From Candidatus Latescibacterota bacterium (GTDB taxonomy: Bacteria > Latescibacterota > UBA2968): a stretch of DNA of 64,000 bases. The position numbers were made by a program, and so were the translations under genes. Position 1 is the stretch's first letter; the number at the start of each line of letters is the position of its first letter. This document shows, one piece after another, positions 50,638 through 60,041 of the stretch. The stretch spans positions 2,688,001-2,752,000 of the forward strand of contig OZ242311.1 in assembly GCA_965207885.1 (NCBI GenBank), written 5' to 3'. The notes under the pieces were generated by a model. It did no database searches. It was given only the letters and a program-made list of their open reading frames with translations, and had not been told where the DNA came from.

Positions 50638-51705
50638 TTAGACCTCAGAGCCTGCAACAGTGCGAACGGCCTCGCTCCAGTCATCCCAAAGCCCCGGACC
50701 TTCCGCGCGTGGTTCAGGAGGCGGGACGGCCGGCCCAAGTTCAAGTTCGTGGAGTTTTCTCACGTTGGGCGGTGGCGATGGTCGTGGCCCTTTGACATAA
50801 CGGCCGTTGTATGTTCTGTCATATACAGACTTTTTGTAGGCATCATAAAGAATCATCTGTCGAATCTGCGGAGGGTTGCTGTAGTTCCGCGTTGCCGAGT
50901 GGAACATTCGTCCGTGCCACAAGACCACATCTCCCTCGTCACCAAAAAACTCAAAGGGCTCAATATTGGCGAGTGCGTCCTTGAGACCTGGGGGCTGCGG
51001 CAAAACAAATGCCGCAGCGCCGCTTTCCGGATGGGGCGAATGTAGAATTGAATAGCGAGCGAGATCTACAGAGTCCGGCTCTGCTTCGTAGAGCAAGCGA
51101 TGACTGCCGGGAAAAAGGGCGATGCCACCTCCACCCTTGGGAACCTGGTCAACGTATGCGCTCGCCACCAGATGCACCGGCTCGGGATCAATGTGTGCAC
51201 CGGCACGGACGGCATCCGCCAGAGCAGGTGAGTCGCTCTTACGCTCTCTCGGCAGCACGCAATACATACCGCGCAACTCCTTGCCACCCCAGACCGGCCA
51301 ACCACGCAACCGACTTCCACGCGGATCCGGATCGGCCGCAGAGGAAGTTACCTCTGGTATCACAACTTCACCTTTGCCGAGGAGTTGCTCAAACCAGGGG
51401 AATACGCGGCGTGGAAGCAAGTTGATCAGGTCCTCGTCGCCGGAGAGTTCACGCAGTCGCCAGCCGTGGTCACCGGTGCGATCATTCATGCCATCAGAGG
51501 TGCTTTGACGATCTGCCTCCGGGAGACCGTTTAGCCAGGTTTGAGGATCGTCTCGGCGCAAATGACTTGAGGTGTTTCCCGCCCACAGCCTGTCCCTCGC
51601 TGCAGCACAAAGTTTGGGGTCGAGGATCTTTCGTTTCACAAGGAATCCGTTCGTAATAAATTGTTGGATCTCTTCTGTACTCAGTGCTGCCAATGCTGTA
51701 TTCAT
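50638..51705 (-). CDS. PhyH-like dioxygenase
   Basis: NGFLV, AHID, FPGSH, GDVVLWH, FHSA. Confidence 0.75.
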   Translation of the reverse strand: MNTALAALSTEEIQQFITNGFLVKRKILDPKLCAAARDRLWAGNTSSHLRRDDPQTWLNGLPEADRQSTSDGMNDRTGDHGWRLRELSGDEDLINLLPRRVFPWFEQLLGKGEVVIPEVTSSAADPDPRGSRLRGWPVWGGKELRGMYCVLPRERKSDSPALADAVRAGAHIDPEPVHLVASAYVDQVPKGGGGIALFPGSHRLLYEAEPDSVDLARYSILHSPHPESGAAAFVLPQPPGLKDALANIEPFEFFGDEGDVVLWHGRMFHSATRNYSNPPQIRQMILYDAYKKSVYDRTYNGRYVKGPRPSPPPNVRKLHELELGPAVPPPEPRAEGPGLWDDWSEAVRTVAGSEV

Positions 51706-51722
51706 GGAAATAACCCTTCTTT

Positions 51723-51791
51723 CTTCAATACTGAACCATTGTACGGACTTCAATACCGAACCATTGTACAAAAAAAAGAGTTGGATTTCAA
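51723..51791 (-). promoter_or_regulatory. Sigma70 promoter heading the 51705->30268 run, with tandem duplication of the -10 region
   Basis: TTGAAA-17-TACAAT (51763-51791); 22-nt direct repeat at 51723-51744 and 51748-51769. Confidence 0.65.
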
Positions 51792-51973
51792 CAATTCTTA
51801 AAAGACAGGTACTTACGAAAGGCGATATATGTTATTTGGGATTTTGCTCGAAAATCACCCTGAACAAATTCGCTTGCTTCATGTCCGTCCCTTTTTGTAG
51901 TATGCATCCGGATCCTGCCCCTGGACACCAGCAGTAGTTTTGGTGATTTCAAATACATTGAGGAGGAAGAAAG

Positions 51974-53518
51974 ATGAAAGCAAGACCATTCAAAGGTGCG
52001 AAGATAGGCAGGGCTCTGACCATTGCATTGCTATTGGCTTTGACCGCGGGCAACGTCGCGGCCCAAAGCCCCACCGAGCTGCCAGCCAAAGATTTGAGCA
52101 CGATTGATTTGTCAAAATCGGAAGGTGCTAAATACTTTCTCATAGTAAAGGCTTATGCCGATTATATGATTACCCGCGGGCGCGACCGTTACGGAAGAGA
52201 ACATTCGCCCCTTTTTGCCACAACGCTTAACCGGGAAACCGGAAATGTATATCGCGAAAATCCTCCCGATGCACCCAAAGGTATCCGCAATGGCGATCGC
52301 ACTTGGCGTGGTTCAAATACGTCAAAAGATAATGGTTTATACAGCATACTTTATCATTTGACAGAAATCACCGGAGATGACAAGTATGCACGGGAAGCGG
52401 ATAAAGCAATCAAATGGTTTTTTGCCAACTGCCAAAGTCCTGAAACGGGATTTATGGCCTGGGGAGAACACATCGGTTGGGATTTTTTTACAGAGGCGCC
52501 TATTAAAATGGGTACTCGATCTTTGACACACGAGTACAAAATTTTCAATTATTGGGACAAGGTGTGGGAATTTAATCCGGAAGCTGCTGAAAAGTTTGCA
52601 CTGGGATTATGGGAACACCAGATTTATGCGCACGAAGGACCAGAAGCGGGCGAGTTTAGCCGACATGCCAGTTATGACACGCATAGTCCTGGAAAAGGAA
52701 GAGCTTTTCCCGCACATGGCGGCAATTATATCTATGTTTGGACAAAAGCATATCGGGAAACTGGCAAAGAAGTTTTTTTAACCGCCATTGAAACCGTATT
52801 GAATTATTATGAGCGAAATACAACCGATAAAGGTGCGATCTTATATGCATCAGATTTTCCTGAACAATATTCTTTGAAACAAAGTATGAATCTGGCATCC
52901 AATCTTTATCGCGCAAAGGATTTTATGCCCGCAGACCTTGCAAATAGGATGAAGAAATTGTCAGAAGGAACAGATTCTTTGTATTTAAGTTTTGATCACG
53001 ATCCGTCAAAAGGCGGAAAAGGATTTCTTGAATCTGCCAATCTTATGACCCTTGTACCGGGGAATTTTCGAAGGTCAAGTACTGGAACGGATGCCTGGAC
53101 TGAAATGTGGTCGGCTGGTTATGGGGTGGGATCGGGAAGTACCGAGCAGGCAAACAAATGTTATGCGCGGTATAAACTAACAGGTATTGAAGGCTATAGA
53201 ATCCTTTTTATGAAAGCGGTGAATGCCTATTACAACGAAGATCCTCCGCCGTCAGCAGTACTTTATCCCAGCAATTATTCCAGCATATTTAATATGATGA
53301 TGAATGCGTATGAATTAACAGGGGCAGAACGTTTTTTAAGCAAAGCAAAAACGTATATGGACTTATCGGTAGAAACTTTTCTGAGTGATCAATCACCTCT
53401 ACCAAAAGCATCAAACCAAAGTGAACATTATGAAGCCATAACAGGTGGCCCAGAATTAATGGAAAATGTGCTGCGTTTATGGATCGTAATGAATCCTCAG
53501 GATCGTGCTGGAGAATAG
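51974..53518 (+). CDS. Secreted uncharacterised toroid-like protein, WGEH family
   Basis: Signal peptide; GRDRYG, WGEH, FPAHGG, YEAITG; homologous to 15424..16842; AT-rich. Confidence 0.6.
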   Translation: MKARPFKGAKIGRALTIALLLALTAGNVAAQSPTELPAKDLSTIDLSKSEGAKYFLIVKAYADYMITRGRDRYGREHSPLFATTLNRETGNVYRENPPDAPKGIRNGDRTWRGSNTSKDNGLYSILYHLTEITGDDKYAREADKAIKWFFANCQSPETGFMAWGEHIGWDFFTEAPIKMGTRSLTHEYKIFNYWDKVWEFNPEAAEKFALGLWEHQIYAHEGPEAGEFSRHASYDTHSPGKGRAFPAHGGNYIYVWTKAYRETGKEVFLTAIETVLNYYERNTTDKGAILYASDFPEQYSLKQSMNLASNLYRAKDFMPADLANRMKKLSEGTDSLYLSFDHDPSKGGKGFLESANLMTLVPGNFRRSSTGTDAWTEMWSAGYGVGSGSTEQANKCYARYKLTGIEGYRILFMKAVNAYYNEDPPPSAVLYPSNYSSIFNMMMNAYELTGAERFLSKAKTYMDLSVETFLSDQSPLPKASNQSEHYEAITGGPELMENVLRLWIVMNPQDRAGE

Positions 53519-53590
53519 AGCTATAATCAGAAATCCCAAAAACACGTTTGTCTTTGGCATAGACACAGTCTTTCTCCGCCACAGCAAGCT

Positions 53591-53640
53591 GTCGGTGGCG
53601 AGCAACAGTATGTTTGGGGTGCTCACACGCTATCTCCTGA
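53591..53640 (-). pseudogene. 5'-end remnant of a sulfatase
   Basis: RBS caggag, then GTG at 53626 reading MSTPNILLLATD, the canonical sulfatase N-terminus; the sulfatase-like sequence stops there. Confidence 0.7.
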
Positions 53641-53687
53641 TTGCGATATGAAAATCCTATGCCAAATTGGGTCGCAAATCCATCAGC

Positions 53688-55157
53688 TCAGCGTTTCACC
53701 TGGGTATAGGGGCTTGAAATATACTGCTTGTAGCCGTTAACCTCTCGTCCATGATTGCTGAAGAAATCGATCTGAGAAAACCCATCCTTTAACGGTATGG
53801 CTGCCGTCCATACGCCAGTCTTTGCATCATATTCCATCTCCATCCATTGGTCTGCAGGGATTTGCTCGTGCAAGAAGGGGGCGGAACCTGCCGGAGCGCG
53901 GTCGTAGATCCACCATATACGTCCGTTTATCGGCTGAGGTCCTTCATTAAAACGCACGCTGACACTTAGTTTGTCCTTGGAGATTTTATAATTTGACTTC
54001 GGAGGCTGTAGCAAGGGCTCGCCACCAAAGAAGTGATGCCAGAGGAAGGCGTTGCGATTCTGTTCGTCCTTTGCCGTAGCGACATGCGGCGTTTGTGAGT
54101 GCCCGCCACTGGGTTCGTAATAGACAGGCAACTGGGGATGGTTTTGCGCGCCCCAAGGAACGTCAAATGCAACATAGTCATGTGTTCCCGGCTGGAAAAG
54201 AATATCGACGCCTCGCTCTTTTAGCCGATCCCAATTCTCTGTCACACACAATCTGCTAAGAATGCAATCTGCCAGGTGGTGTATTTCGTCCCAGGATCTT
54301 CCCGCTTTCAACGCAAGTTCATGCAGACTCCTCTTTGATCCCACCATAACGCCTTGATACCATTTGGCGCGTTTTTGATCCAGGTCGATATCGCCGGCCT
54401 TTACAGCCTCAAAGAATGCTTTGTTTGCCGCTCGCACGTTATCCATCTCTTCCTTGTCAAATCTTCGAGTCGGCGAATAGTAAGCAAAGGCTCTATCGGA
54501 ACATGTCGCGGTAAAACGCTCGTCATTAATCAAGGCGGTAGCAGGCGATATGCCGTTCTTGGAGCTGCCTGAGCCAGCCACTTTGCCTTTTTCAAAATGA
54601 TCGGTTTCCGCATACGCGGCGGTTACAGCCCGCATTAAAGTCATCGACCAAATCCAGACCGTCGTGTAACGCGGATTCAGGTCTTTCAGAAACAATTGCC
54701 CCATTTTTTGTTCCAGGCCTTGTTTGCCCGGAATCTGCCTCAGCGCCTTGACGTGCGTCTTAACGATGCCAACGCCACCTGCCAGCAGTTTTGCTTGAAA
54801 GGCGGTTGGGCGCGAGTCCTTCATCAGCGTCTCATATGGATTTGCTCCGGTAACACTAAAGCCCTTCGCCTTGCCTTCGAGCGGCACAATCAGGCGCACT
54901 GGAATCCGATAATCTTGTCCAGGCCACCATTCGGCGACGTTGATTTCGATTAGCTTCTGTCGCGTCGAGCCTGTCACCTCATCTACATGCCAGTCCTTCA
55001 ACGTCTTTATATCCAGCGTGCTTTCGTCAAGAATCTCTTCGGTATTGAACATGTCGCAATTCATACCAGAATCCTTCTCGGAATCGGCAGCAAACGCTAC
55101 GGAAATCGTAAAAGTCGCGAGAATAACCAGCGATGCCATTATTCTAATTCTATCCAT
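53688..55157 (-). CDS. Secreted alpha/beta-hydrolase-like protein (PqaA-like)
   Basis: Signal peptide; GSSKNG nucleophile-elbow-like motif, GTHD, GGH. Confidence 0.5.
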   Translation of the reverse strand: MDRIRIMASLVILATFTISVAFAADSEKDSGMNCDMFNTEEILDESTLDIKTLKDWHVDEVTGSTRQKLIEINVAEWWPGQDYRIPVRLIVPLEGKAKGFSVTGANPYETLMKDSRPTAFQAKLLAGGVGIVKTHVKALRQIPGKQGLEQKMGQLFLKDLNPRYTTVWIWSMTLMRAVTAAYAETDHFEKGKVAGSGSSKNGISPATALINDERFTATCSDRAFAYYSPTRRFDKEEMDNVRAANKAFFEAVKAGDIDLDQKRAKWYQGVMVGSKRSLHELALKAGRSWDEIHHLADCILSRLCVTENWDRLKERGVDILFQPGTHDYVAFDVPWGAQNHPQLPVYYEPSGGHSQTPHVATAKDEQNRNAFLWHHFFGGEPLLQPPKSNYKISKDKLSVSVRFNEGPQPINGRIWWIYDRAPAGSAPFLHEQIPADQWMEMEYDAKTGVWTAAIPLKDGFSQIDFFSNHGREVNGYKQYISSPYTQVKR

Positions 55158-55176
55158 TGCCTTCTCCTTGCTGTCT

Positions 55177-55923
55177 CTATGCCGTTTCCACTACGTTAGG
55201 ACGGCGGACGGATGGGGGCGTGAGAACGCGTTTTTGTTGCTCGGTCAGGTCTTCGTAGTCTTCGTGATTGTAGTATATTGATGCGTAGGAAGCGTGGCCG
55301 GGGGTGAATTTGTAGAGTAGGGTTCTGCGTTCGTTTTCAGCAGTCCAGGGCAAGGTTCCGTGCATCGTCGCTTCTGTGAAGATGAGGGCGTCGCCTGTTT
55401 CTGCACTTGGATTGGCGAGGTAGTGAGGGATGCGCTTAAAGGAGCGAACATCTTCAGGGACGTTGAGGGCAAAATTGGATTTGTGTGAACCGGGTACGCA
55501 GCAGAATCCGCCAGAACCTGGGGGGGCGGGTGCAAGGAAGTAGACGACTACGGTCAAGCCATTGCGCATGACGCCGTCGCGATATTTGTAATAGTGCGTA
55601 CCCGCACGATGGTCCCCACCATGGAGGCCACCTTTGCGCCCACCTTGACGCATAAAGATGCCGTAGTCGTGGTCGGCACGAAATTGGGGGCCGAGGAGTT
55701 CGCTGAGGTAAGGAATCATGTTGGGGTGGTCAAACAGATTTTGGAAGGGTTTGCCCCAGAGCGAGACTCTGCGGGGAATCTTGAGTCCGTTATTCACTTC
55801 CTCTTGGTCGGCCATTTTTTGATCGGCAATTGCATTGAGTTCGTCTACTTCGGCTTGAGAGAGTACATTTTTGACAACGATGTATCCTTGCAGGTCAAAT
55901 ATGAATTTTTCTTCAAGTGTCAC
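55177..55923 (-). CDS. PhyH family dioxygenase
   Basis: FDLQGYIV, LHGG, VPGSHK, GDALIF, MHGT. Confidence 0.8.
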   Translation of the reverse strand: MTLEEKFIFDLQGYIVVKNVLSQAEVDELNAIADQKMADQEEVNNGLKIPRRVSLWGKPFQNLFDHPNMIPYLSELLGPQFRADHDYGIFMRQGGRKGGLHGGDHRAGTHYYKYRDGVMRNGLTVVVYFLAPAPPGSGGFCCVPGSHKSNFALNVPEDVRSFKRIPHYLANPSAETGDALIFTEATMHGTLPWTAENERRTLLYKFTPGHASYASIYYNHEDYEDLTEQQKRVLTPPSVRRPNVVETA

Positions 55924-55937
55924 GGAGAATCTCCCTT

Positions 55938-55988
55938 TCTATATGGTCAGGTAAACCAGACCCTGGTTCGCTTCTATTTTCTCTGTTC
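55938..55988 (-). repeat. Intergenic repeat, copy 2 (reads as a gene 3' end, TEKIEANQGLVYLTI*)
   Basis: Matches 50561-50610. Confidence 0.9.
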
Positions 55989-56003
55989 CGGCCCCTATCT
56001 TTT

Positions 56004-56078
56004 TTAGACAACCGGCCTGATTTCAGGCGCGCGCGTTCCACTTGTTCCTGCGTTAATATTTGCTCCATTACATCTCCA
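56004..56078 (-). pseudogene. Fused 5' and 3' PhyH remnants
   Basis: RBS plus MEQILTQEQVER (ATG 56068) joined to APEIRPVV*, 25/29 nt to 61039-61067 with 4 synonymous changes. Confidence 0.85.
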
Positions 56079-56111
56079 GAAAATCAGTATTAATAAAAAC
56101 ACAGAGGGATT

Positions 56112-57539
56112 CTAAACACTCGGCAAAGGCACGGTATCTCCTGTTTCATGTTGCCACAATCGAATTTTCGCCGCCATATCGCGAATGCGATCGCGATGTT
56201 CAGGAACATCAAACAGATTGTTTTCTTCATAAGGATCTGTATTAAGGTCGAACAACTCACACTGATCACCAGCACACAAATTCAACTTCCAGCGATCACC
56301 CGTCACCACAGATCGCCAGGGCAATGTCGCCATCAAGTTAATGCTTGGATTTCCTAAATTGCGATCGCCAATCCCATTCCACTCCATAAATGCAACGTGA
56401 TCCTTCAAATCGCGCTCACCGGTGAGTGCACCAGCCAAACTCTCCCCTTCACACTGATCTGAAACTTCAACGCCCGCCAGATCCAAAAGTGTCGGCACCA
56501 AATCCGCATGCCCAAACACACCATCGATTCGTTTCTGTTCCTTATTCAACCACGGCACACTGAGCAAAAATGGCACTCGCGCAGACTCTTCGTAAAACGT
56601 CCGCTTTTCCATCATCGCATGATCGCCCACCATTTCCCCATGATCACTCGTGTAAGCAATAATCGTATTCTCCAGTTGCCCTGTCTCTTCCAATGCCTGA
56701 ATGATCCGCCCCACAGCATCATCCACAATCTTCATATTTCCGAAGTATTGCGATCTCACTTTCCGCCATCCCAATTCCGTACTTAAATCTTCACCTGCCT
56801 CCTTCTTCGTTGCATAATGCTCTGCTCGCACCCGATTAAATCGCGAATGCCCTTCAGGCTGTTTCAAAAACGTCGGGCCAACCGGCAATTCCTCAGGATC
56901 ATACAAACCGTCATACGGCCCTGTATATGGAGGGTGCGGTTCAAACGTACTGCACACCAGCAACCAGGGCTGATCGACATTTTCTCGAATAAACCGATCC
57001 GCTTCCTGCGCGACAAACGCCCCGACCTGTTGTTCCGCTGGCAAACGCGCGCGATCTCCTGCAGAAAATTGTTTCAAGTCCGGTGCCAAATGCGAGGGTG
57101 GTTCAACGCCCTGCGCCACCAACCACTCATAGTGGGAACTCATCGGCGCATCTTGAATCGTATTCAAATGCCGCAAATTATCCTGAATACTGATCCACTC
57201 ATCAAACCCATGTTGGCGAACGGTATCGTTGCCCAAATGCCATTTGCCCATATATGCCTTGCGATATGTATCTGGCATCATTTCCGCAATCGACTTTGTA
57301 TCTTCCCGTAGATGAATCCCATTCGCCACACATCCGTGCGAATGAGGGTACAACCCAGACATCAGCGTACCCCGCGATGGCGTACACACAGCCTGACCAA
57401 CATACGCATTCTCAAAAACAAAAGACCGCTCCGAAAGCGCATTCAAATGCGGCGATTGAATCCAATCATTGCCGTAACACGACATGGTATCTGTGCGTTG
57501 CTGATCTGTGAACACAAAAAGAATGTTCGGTTGATTCAT
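56112..57539 (-). CDS. Sulfatase (Cys-type)
   Basis: PNILFVFTDQ, CTPSR, GKWHLG, SDHGE. Confidence 0.9.
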   Translation of the reverse strand: MNQPNILFVFTDQQRTDTMSCYGNDWIQSPHLNALSERSFVFENAYVGQAVCTPSRGTLMSGLYPHSHGCVANGIHLREDTKSIAEMMPDTYRKAYMGKWHLGNDTVRQHGFDEWISIQDNLRHLNTIQDAPMSSHYEWLVAQGVEPPSHLAPDLKQFSAGDRARLPAEQQVGAFVAQEADRFIRENVDQPWLLVCSTFEPHPPYTGPYDGLYDPEELPVGPTFLKQPEGHSRFNRVRAEHYATKKEAGEDLSTELGWRKVRSQYFGNMKIVDDAVGRIIQALEETGQLENTIIAYTSDHGEMVGDHAMMEKRTFYEESARVPFLLSVPWLNKEQKRIDGVFGHADLVPTLLDLAGVEVSDQCEGESLAGALTGERDLKDHVAFMEWNGIGDRNLGNPSINLMATLPWRSVVTGDRWKLNLCAGDQCELFDLNTDPYEENNLFDVPEHRDRIRDMAAKIRLWQHETGDTVPLPSV

Positions 57540-57634
57540 ATCTATCCCTCAAATTTGTCGTTCGCGGTATTCCCTACTTGTTAAACCAAAGAAGCTGCAA
57601 TCCGTTTTCGCTCACAGTACTTTTTAATTTTTGT

Positions 57635-58984
57635 TCACACTTGTTTTCTGCGAAATGCGTGGGGATTTACCATTTCATATCCCCATCGATCCAACAATTC
57701 CTGCCCGTTCTCAAACGCGTCGTTCTGTTCCTTCAACAGATCTGAAAGCAAACCTTCCAGATGCGTTTGAACAGATTCTACCTCAGGCCGACCACAAAGG
57801 TTCTCCAACTGATAAGGATCTGCCTCATTGTCATACAACAACCAGGGCCCCTCCAGGTCACGCACATAAGTATAACGGCTGGTGCGAACGCCCCGATATT
57901 CCCTGCCACCATTTTTATAAGAATAATTGGCAAACGGCACGTAGCATCCAAAAAGTGAAGCCTCCAAAGGCGCATCGGCTTCACCGAGCATGTGTTTGGC
58001 AAAACTCACCCCTTCGACGCCTTCCGGTACAGGCGCGCCCACCAGATCCAACAACGTCGGCATCATATCTGGTATGCCAAAAGGGGTGTCGATTTGGCGA
58101 CCAATCCCATTTGGCAATCGCAACAGAAAGGGCACAAGAATAGATTCATCCCAGGGCCGTATTTTCCGATCATGGCCTTGCGACCCATTCATTTCACCGT
58201 GATCAGAGGTAAACACAAGAATTGTACCCTCTGTCATCCCGAGGCGTTCAAGTGCTTCTTCAACACGCCCAACACAGTGATCAAGTGCCGTAATATGCGC
58301 ATAATAACCCCACATATCATTCCGGGCAATCGCCTCACACTCAGCAGGCACATTGTCTCTCAATACGATTTCATCTTCATTGTAGAGCGCTCTGTATTCT
58401 TCCGGCACTTTGTGGAAAGGGTTATGAGGCGGGCCATATGAAACAAAAAGGAAAAAGGGATCGTCTTCACTCTGCCTGCCCTCCAGATACTCAATCGCAC
58501 AATCGGTCTGTGCAAACGCATCGTATCCTTCCCACTTTTTCATAATGCCCGAGTCATCATAATAGGGCGAATCGTAATAATTGTGCGAGCATTCGTGCGC
58601 GCGCCAAAAGTCAAAGCCCAACCGTCGCTCAGGTGGGATGAAATTTTGCTCGTGGGTATCTCCGTCCAAATGCCACTTGCCAATGTATGCGGTGTCATAA
58701 CCGTGTGACTTTAGAACCTCAGCGAATGTGGTCGTATCGGGCTCAAGCCGAATCTGGTTTAAAAAGATCCCATGCGTCAGTGGATATTGCCCGGTCAAAA
58801 GACAGGCACGAGCCGGACAACAAACCGGGCACGTTGACACAGTCGTATCCAACCGAATACTCTTTTGAGCCAGGGCATCGAGATTGGGTGTCTTAACATT
58901 TGGATCTCCCGTATACCCTGTTGCCTGTGCGCGCCACTGATCGGTCAAAATGAATACAATATTGGGCTTCTCTTTGTTGGCCAC
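57635..58984 (-). CDS. Sulfatase (Cys-type)
   Basis: GTG start after gggagg; PNIVFILTDQ, CCPAR, GKWHL, SDHGE. Confidence 0.9.
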   Translation of the reverse strand: MANKEKPNIVFILTDQWRAQATGYTGDPNVKTPNLDALAQKSIRLDTTVSTCPVCCPARACLLTGQYPLTHGIFLNQIRLEPDTTTFAEVLKSHGYDTAYIGKWHLDGDTHEQNFIPPERRLGFDFWRAHECSHNYYDSPYYDDSGIMKKWEGYDAFAQTDCAIEYLEGRQSEDDPFFLFVSYGPPHNPFHKVPEEYRALYNEDEIVLRDNVPAECEAIARNDMWGYYAHITALDHCVGRVEEALERLGMTEGTILVFTSDHGEMNGSQGHDRKIRPWDESILVPFLLRLPNGIGRQIDTPFGIPDMMPTLLDLVGAPVPEGVEGVSFAKHMLGEADAPLEASLFGCYVPFANYSYKNGGREYRGVRTSRYTYVRDLEGPWLLYDNEADPYQLENLCGRPEVESVQTHLEGLLSDLLKEQNDAFENGQELLDRWGYEMVNPHAFRRKQV

Positions 58985-59053
58985 AAAAACCTCCCTACTT
59001 AATTGCACAACAATCAGAATGCAATCACGATACGAAAAAGTTGTCCATACCTC

Positions 59054-59085
59054 ATGATAATCAAACAAATATTGATAATCAATAT
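59054..59085. promoter_or_regulatory. Fur-box-like palindrome in a divergent promoter region
   Basis: atattgat-a-atcaatat perfect 8-1-8 inverted repeat (59069-59085) plus a second tgataatca core. Confidence 0.45.
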
Positions 59086-59114
59086 AGCCCACAAAAACAA
59101 AAAATGAAGAGTAT

Positions 59115-59143
59115 TTGCCGTAGTTCAGAAATTAACTTATTAT
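59115..59143 (+). promoter_or_regulatory. Sigma70 promoter for the PhyH gene at 59191
   Basis: TTGCCG-17-TATTAT. Confidence 0.55.
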
Positions 59144-59190
59144 GGGACATGGCAGAAAAGGCTTGTAAACCATCGAATGAGGAATACTCT

Positions 59191-59958
59191 ATGGCTCTAA
59201 ACGAAGATCAACTCACCTTTTACCGACAAAATGGCTACTTGCTGGCCTCCGGCCTGATTTCTGATCAGATCGCGGCTCAAGCCGAAGCGGCGATGTGGAA
59301 GCTGATGGACATGGACGCGGGGGATGCGTCCACCTGGTCGATGGTGCCGGAGACCGCCGATACGTATAACAAAGGCAGCGGTGCGGTGATCTTTAACGGG
59401 GTGCAGGATCCCGATTTGATGGCCTGCGCCACAGACGACTACCTCAACGCTGTAGCGCAGCTGCTGGGCGAACCGATTGATTCGTTGCACTCACCCGAAG
59501 CGATCTTTGCACTAAATTTGTTGGGGCGTCCGGGGCAATGGACCATGCCACGGCACCCGCACATCGACGGCCTCAACCCGAAGCATGTGCCCAAGACCTT
59601 TCCCGGGCCCTATCGCATCACCAGCCTCCTCTATCTAAGCGATATCGAACCGCAGGGCGGAGGGACCTGTGTTTGGCCTGGTTCGCCCAGCAAGATACGC
59701 GCCCTGGCTGAATCCGATCCGGTCAAGTACAAGCACCTGAAAGATCTGAACAAGGACATCCCCTCGTTAGATCTGGAACCCGGTATCGAACTGACACCGA
59801 AGCGCGGTGATATCCTTTTTTTTCAACACTTGTTCGGCCACAATGGGTCGGTCAATACTGCGGCTAAACCACGTTTTATGATGCGCTTTTTTTGTTCGTG
59901 CGAAAAATGCTACACGACCTGGCCCAAGGCGGATCATTGGGGTTTTTGGACGCCATAG
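59191..59958 (+). CDS. PhyH family dioxygenase
   Basis: NGYLLASGL, PHID, WPGS, GDILF, FGHNG; start MALNED after gagga. Confidence 0.8.
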   Translation: MALNEDQLTFYRQNGYLLASGLISDQIAAQAEAAMWKLMDMDAGDASTWSMVPETADTYNKGSGAVIFNGVQDPDLMACATDDYLNAVAQLLGEPIDSLHSPEAIFALNLLGRPGQWTMPRHPHIDGLNPKHVPKTFPGPYRITSLLYLSDIEPQGGGTCVWPGSPSKIRALAESDPVKYKHLKDLNKDIPSLDLEPGIELTPKRGDILFFQHLFGHNGSVNTAAKPRFMMRFFCSCEKCYTTWPKADHWGFWTP

Positions 59959-59992
59959 GCCTCATCCCATAATACCGCCCTCCTGACTTCGA

Positions 59993-60039
59993 GTATTCGC
60001 CCTGTACCCAACCGCTTCGCGGTTCAGGCGGGCGAATAC
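59993..60039. repeat. REP-like nested hairpin
   Basis: gtattcgccc...gggcgaatac outer stem with inner aaccgc-ttc-gcggtt stem. Confidence 0.5.
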
Positions 60040-60041
60040 CG

